From: Patescibacteria group bacterium
GTDB taxonomy: Bacteria > Patescibacteriota > Patescibacteriia > WFTA01 > S139-112
Assembly (NCBI GenBank): GCA_015485695.1
Contig: WFTB01000027.1
Span: 20,183 to 84,182, forward strand
DNA: 64,000 nucleotides
Direction of reading: 5' to 3'
Shown piece by piece: positions 61,203-64,000 of this stretch (the first letter of the stretch is position 1; each line of letters starts with the position of its first letter). The position numbers were made by a program, and so were the translations under genes. Below the pieces are notes generated by a model, which had not been told where the DNA came from, searched no databases, and saw nothing but the letters and a program-made list of their open reading frames with translations.

Positions 61203-62368
61203 ATATAGGATTTGATTTAAGGTCTATCATCGGTAAGCCGATATTCGGCTCGGATTCGCCCGCGGGAGTCGCGAAATACGCTTCCAATATATTGCGAAAA
61301 ATGGTATCACTTAATCCGGAGCATGATTTTTTTTGTTTTTTCAATTCGTTTAAACGGCCGAATACATCGTTGATTGATGATGTTTTGTCAAAGAGAAACG
61401 TTCATTTGATAACAACCGGAGTTCCCAACAAGCTGTTCGACCCGATGGCAAAGGTTGTCAATCAACCCAAAATAGACAAGATTATAAAGAAAATAAAAGG
61501 CGATGATATCGATGTTTATTTCTCTCCGCATCTTAACATATCCCCGCTTACCGAAAAAGTTCGACATGTCATGACGGTGCATGACTTGTCCTTCGAACTT
61601 TACCCCGAGTTTTACGGTATGCGAAAATTATATTGGCATTGGGTTCAAAATGTGCGTTCTCAGTGTTTGGATGCGGACGCGATTATCGCGGTGTCGGAAA
61701 ACACAAAATATGATTTAATCGATTTGTACGGCATAGACGAAAATAAAATCCATGTAGTGCATTCCGGAATGCCGATAAGAGCAAAAGAAGACGAAGACGG
61801 CAAAAAAGACATGCTTGAAAAGGTGCGGGTAAAATATGGTATTCCAAGTGATTACTTTTTATACATAGGAACTCTAGAGCCCAGAAAAAACATCGAGAGT
61901 ATAATAGAAGCGTATTCCAACTCTCGCATATCCGAGACATCACTGGTTATAGCGGGAGGCAAAGGATGGAAGTATTGCCAAATATACAAAACCGCAAATA
62001 AATCAAAACGCAAAAACAACATATACTTCACCGGTTATGTAGATGAAATTGACAAATCCGCATTAATCGAAAACGCAAGAGCTTGTATTTATCCGAGCTT
62101 TTATGAAGGTTTCGGATTTCCGCCACTGGAGGCTATTTCCAGAAACACGACCGTCATAACATCGCATGTGTCATCTATACCGGAAATTGTCGGAACGAGA
62201 GCGGTTTACGTGGATCCTTACAATATAAATGACATAACTTGCGCCATGAATACGGTTTTGAGCGAAAAAGAAAATCGGTCAAATTCACCCAATTACAATA
62301 TCGAATATTCCTGGGACGTTGCCGTTGAAAAAACCATTGATATTATAATGGCGCGACATATCTCTTAA
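61199..62368 (+). CDS. Glycosyltransferase family 4
   Basis: TVHDL, GTLEPRKN, YEGFGFPPLEA. Confidence 0.92.
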   Translation: MNIGFDLRSIIGKPIFGSDSPAGVAKYASNILRKMVSLNPEHDFFCFFNSFKRPNTSLIDDVLSKRNVHLITTGVPNKLFDPMAKVVNQPKIDKIIKKIKGDDIDVYFSPHLNISPLTEKVRHVMTVHDLSFELYPEFYGMRKLYWHWVQNVRSQCLDADAIIAVSENTKYDLIDLYGIDENKIHVVHSGMPIRAKEDEDGKKDMLEKVRVKYGIPSDYFLYIGTLEPRKNIESIIEAYSNSRISETSLVIAGGKGWKYCQIYKTANKSKRKNNIYFTGYVDEIDKSALIENARACIYPSFYEGFGFPPLEAISRNTTVITSHVSSIPEIVGTRAVYVDPYNINDITCAMNTVLSEKENRSNSPNYNIEYSWDVAVEKTIDIIMARHIS

Positions 62369-62441
62369 CGGTTCCAATCGATATTTTCATGATATTGGCT
62401 TTGATTATTGATTATTTGCGCTTTTGATTCGAGCAAGAAGC

Positions 62442-62479
62442 ATAACAAAACCGCGTCGTAATGTGCGCGGTTTTGTTAT
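62442..62479. terminator. Hairpin between convergent genes
   Basis: ATAACAAAACCGCG/CGCGGTTTTGTTAT 14-bp stem. Confidence 0.75.
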
Positions 62480-62488
62480 ATCAACCTA

Positions 62489-62615
62489 AAATCCCATGCC
62501 TCAAAATACGTCGATCGTGTTATTTTGAGGCATGGGATTTAGATGTTGGTACCGGATACTGTAAGTTTGAAATCTTTTTCATGCCTCATCTGATTTCAAT
62601 CGTGTGTGGTTGAGG
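62489..62615 (-). repeat. Motif-2 hairpin element pair 3 (62489-62540, degenerate 62577-62615)
   Basis: First copy is a perfect 20-bp stem with 12-nt loop; second copy 85 bp away. Confidence 0.88.
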
Positions 62616-63098
62616 TTGTTTTGATTTTTGGCAAAATGAGACTATTGCTTCCGCAGTTTCTTCCGGTGTTTGATTTGTATTGTCAATAATTTTACCAAAA
62701 GCAGGATTTGGGATTCCAATATCATAATGATGTTGTATACGATTGCGTTCCCATTGTGTTAATTTCCTATCTTTAGTATCACTAAGGGTCTTTTTAATGT
62801 CTGGCGATAAAGTAAAAAAATATAGCTCATTATTACAAAGCTCCTTTTTTAGATACTCATAATTTTTTTGAGATAGTGGATATGGCACTGCAACATTATA
62901 TCCACGTTTAGCAAAATTATTGATAATTAGTACAGCATTTTCTAGGTTAATCGGAACTGCTTTGTCTATTTCCAGCCAATGGATAAATTCGTGAAAACTA
63001 TCAATTTCCATATTTGCTGTGTTAGGTATTTTGGTGGCAAGTATTTTGGCTATAGTAGATTTTCCAGCATTTATCGAGCCATTAATAAATATAATCAT
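62586..63098 (-). CDS. P-loop nucleotide kinase-like protein (AAA_33/TmrB-like)
   Basis: MIIFINGSINAGKSTIA, IIDNTNQTPEE; AT-rich. Confidence 0.78.
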   Translation of the reverse strand: MIIFINGSINAGKSTIAKILATKIPNTANMEIDSFHEFIHWLEIDKAVPINLENAVLIINNFAKRGYNVAVPYPLSQKNYEYLKKELCNNELYFFTLSPDIKKTLSDTKDRKLTQWERNRIQHHYDIGIPNPAFGKIIDNTNQTPEETAEAIVSFCQKSKQPQPHTIEIR

Positions 63099-63342
63099 TT
63101 AAAAAGATATTAAATTATTTTACCTAATGCGCAATGCTCGGCAACTATACGAAGTTTATTTCAGACAAGAGTCAAAATATCGACAAAGAACGAACAATCA
63201 ATGGTTTTATACCGAACAGACAAATTCAAAATTACTCATTTTCGTCTAAATTCAGAGAATATGAAAGATATTATTTTGCAAAGTGAAAATTTGTTGAACT
63301 TGGCCTAATCAAAAGACAAGTTTGACGTTTAATTGATGTTTT

Positions 63343-64000
63343 TTATTTCTGTGTCTTCTTCGCGACTTTGTTGCGGTCGCTTTCGTTTAGGATTTGTTTT
63401 CTGAGGCGCACGTGATGGGGAGTTATCTCGAGGTATTCATCGTCGTGCATGATTTCAAGACCGCGTTCGATTGTAAGTTCAAGCGGAGGAGTGAGGTTAA
63501 TCGCGTCATCTGAGCCTGAAGCGCGCATATTGGTAAGTTGTTTTCCCTTTGTGGGGTTTACCGTCATGTCTTGTCCTTTTGAAACATTTCCGATTACCAT
63601 TCCTTCGTACACTTCGGTGTTCGGTCCTATATAAAGTTGACCTCGGTCTTGCAGATTATACAAAGCGAATCCGAGCGCTTTTCCCGTGACCATGGAAACC
63701 ATGGAACCCGTTTCTCGTTTTTTAATCTCTCCAACGTGCGGTCTGAATCCGATTACTTGCGTCGAAAGTATGCCTTCTCCGCGCGTATCTACGACAAACT
63801 CGCCACGATATCCGAGAAGCCCGCGTGTCGGAATTTCAAAGATGATGCGTGTTTGACCGCTGTTTTGTCGCATGTCGGTCATATTGCCTTTGCGTTTTGA
63901 CAGCTTTTCTATAACCGTTCCAGAGAATTCTTCCGGAACATCGACAGTCACTTCTTCGAAAGGTTCGCTCATCACGTTGTCAATTTCTTTTGTGATAACG
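63343..64000 (-). CDS. typA: Translational GTPase TypA/BipA (C-terminal part)
   Basis: EPFE, PTRGLLG, VYEGMVIG, KQLTNMRASG, EITP..VRLRK. Confidence 0.95.
   Translation of the reverse strand, partial: VITKEIDNVMSEPFEEVTVDVPEEFSGTVIEKLSKRKGNMTDMRQNSGQTRIIFEIPTRGLLGYRGEFVVDTRGEGILSTQVIGFRPHVGEIKKRETGSMVSMVTGKALGFALYNLQDRGQLYIGPNTEVYEGMVIGNVSKGQDMTVNPTKGKQLTNMRASGSDDAINLTPPLELTIERGLEIMHDDEYLEITPHHVRLRKQILNESDRNKVAKKTQK

Noticed and set aside
16900-62615. Calling motif-2 pairs CRISPR arrays
   Set aside because: Only two, non-identical copies per locus, no cas genes or leader, and one 'spacer' resembles the upstream flank; kept as an unexplained repeat.

Overview
This is a 64-kb chromosomal segment, most likely from a Patescibacteria (CPR, Parcubacteria-like) bacterium using genetic code 11. 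The assignment is inferred from the AT-rich starts mostly lacking Shine-Dalgarno sites, the pilMNO cluster, the short HrcA, the type-2 IleRS and the CPR-style hypothetical proteins. Core content: secE-nusG-rplK-rplA, scpAB, tpiA, tRNA-Thr x2/rpmG/tRNA-Trp, ileS, recO, pilMNO, a cysteine desulfurase, rpmA, rplI, a CIRCE-controlled hrcA-grpE-hsp20-dnaK-dnaJ operon, nth, two M23 peptidases, a heavy-metal cluster, rarA, pgk and the 3' part of typA. No transposase, integrase or cas gene was recognised. Two non-coding repeat families stand out. (1) A 28-33 bp motif, AATCT(C/A)(T/C)AATTCGCGCGAATAGGCGAAT, occurs as two direct-repeat pairs, each bracketing one small accessory gene (ArsR, CYTH) like a cassette. 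(2) A ~45 bp hairpin element (CCCATGCCTCAAAATAACACGATCGACGTCAGATGAGGCAYGGGAAA) occurs three times, always as a direct pair with an 83-86 bp period. Also notable are two frame-intact pseudogenes with two stops each, several enzymes with altered catalytic motifs, a candidate sRNA and unannotated small ORFs. All calls were made by eye; no database searches were run.
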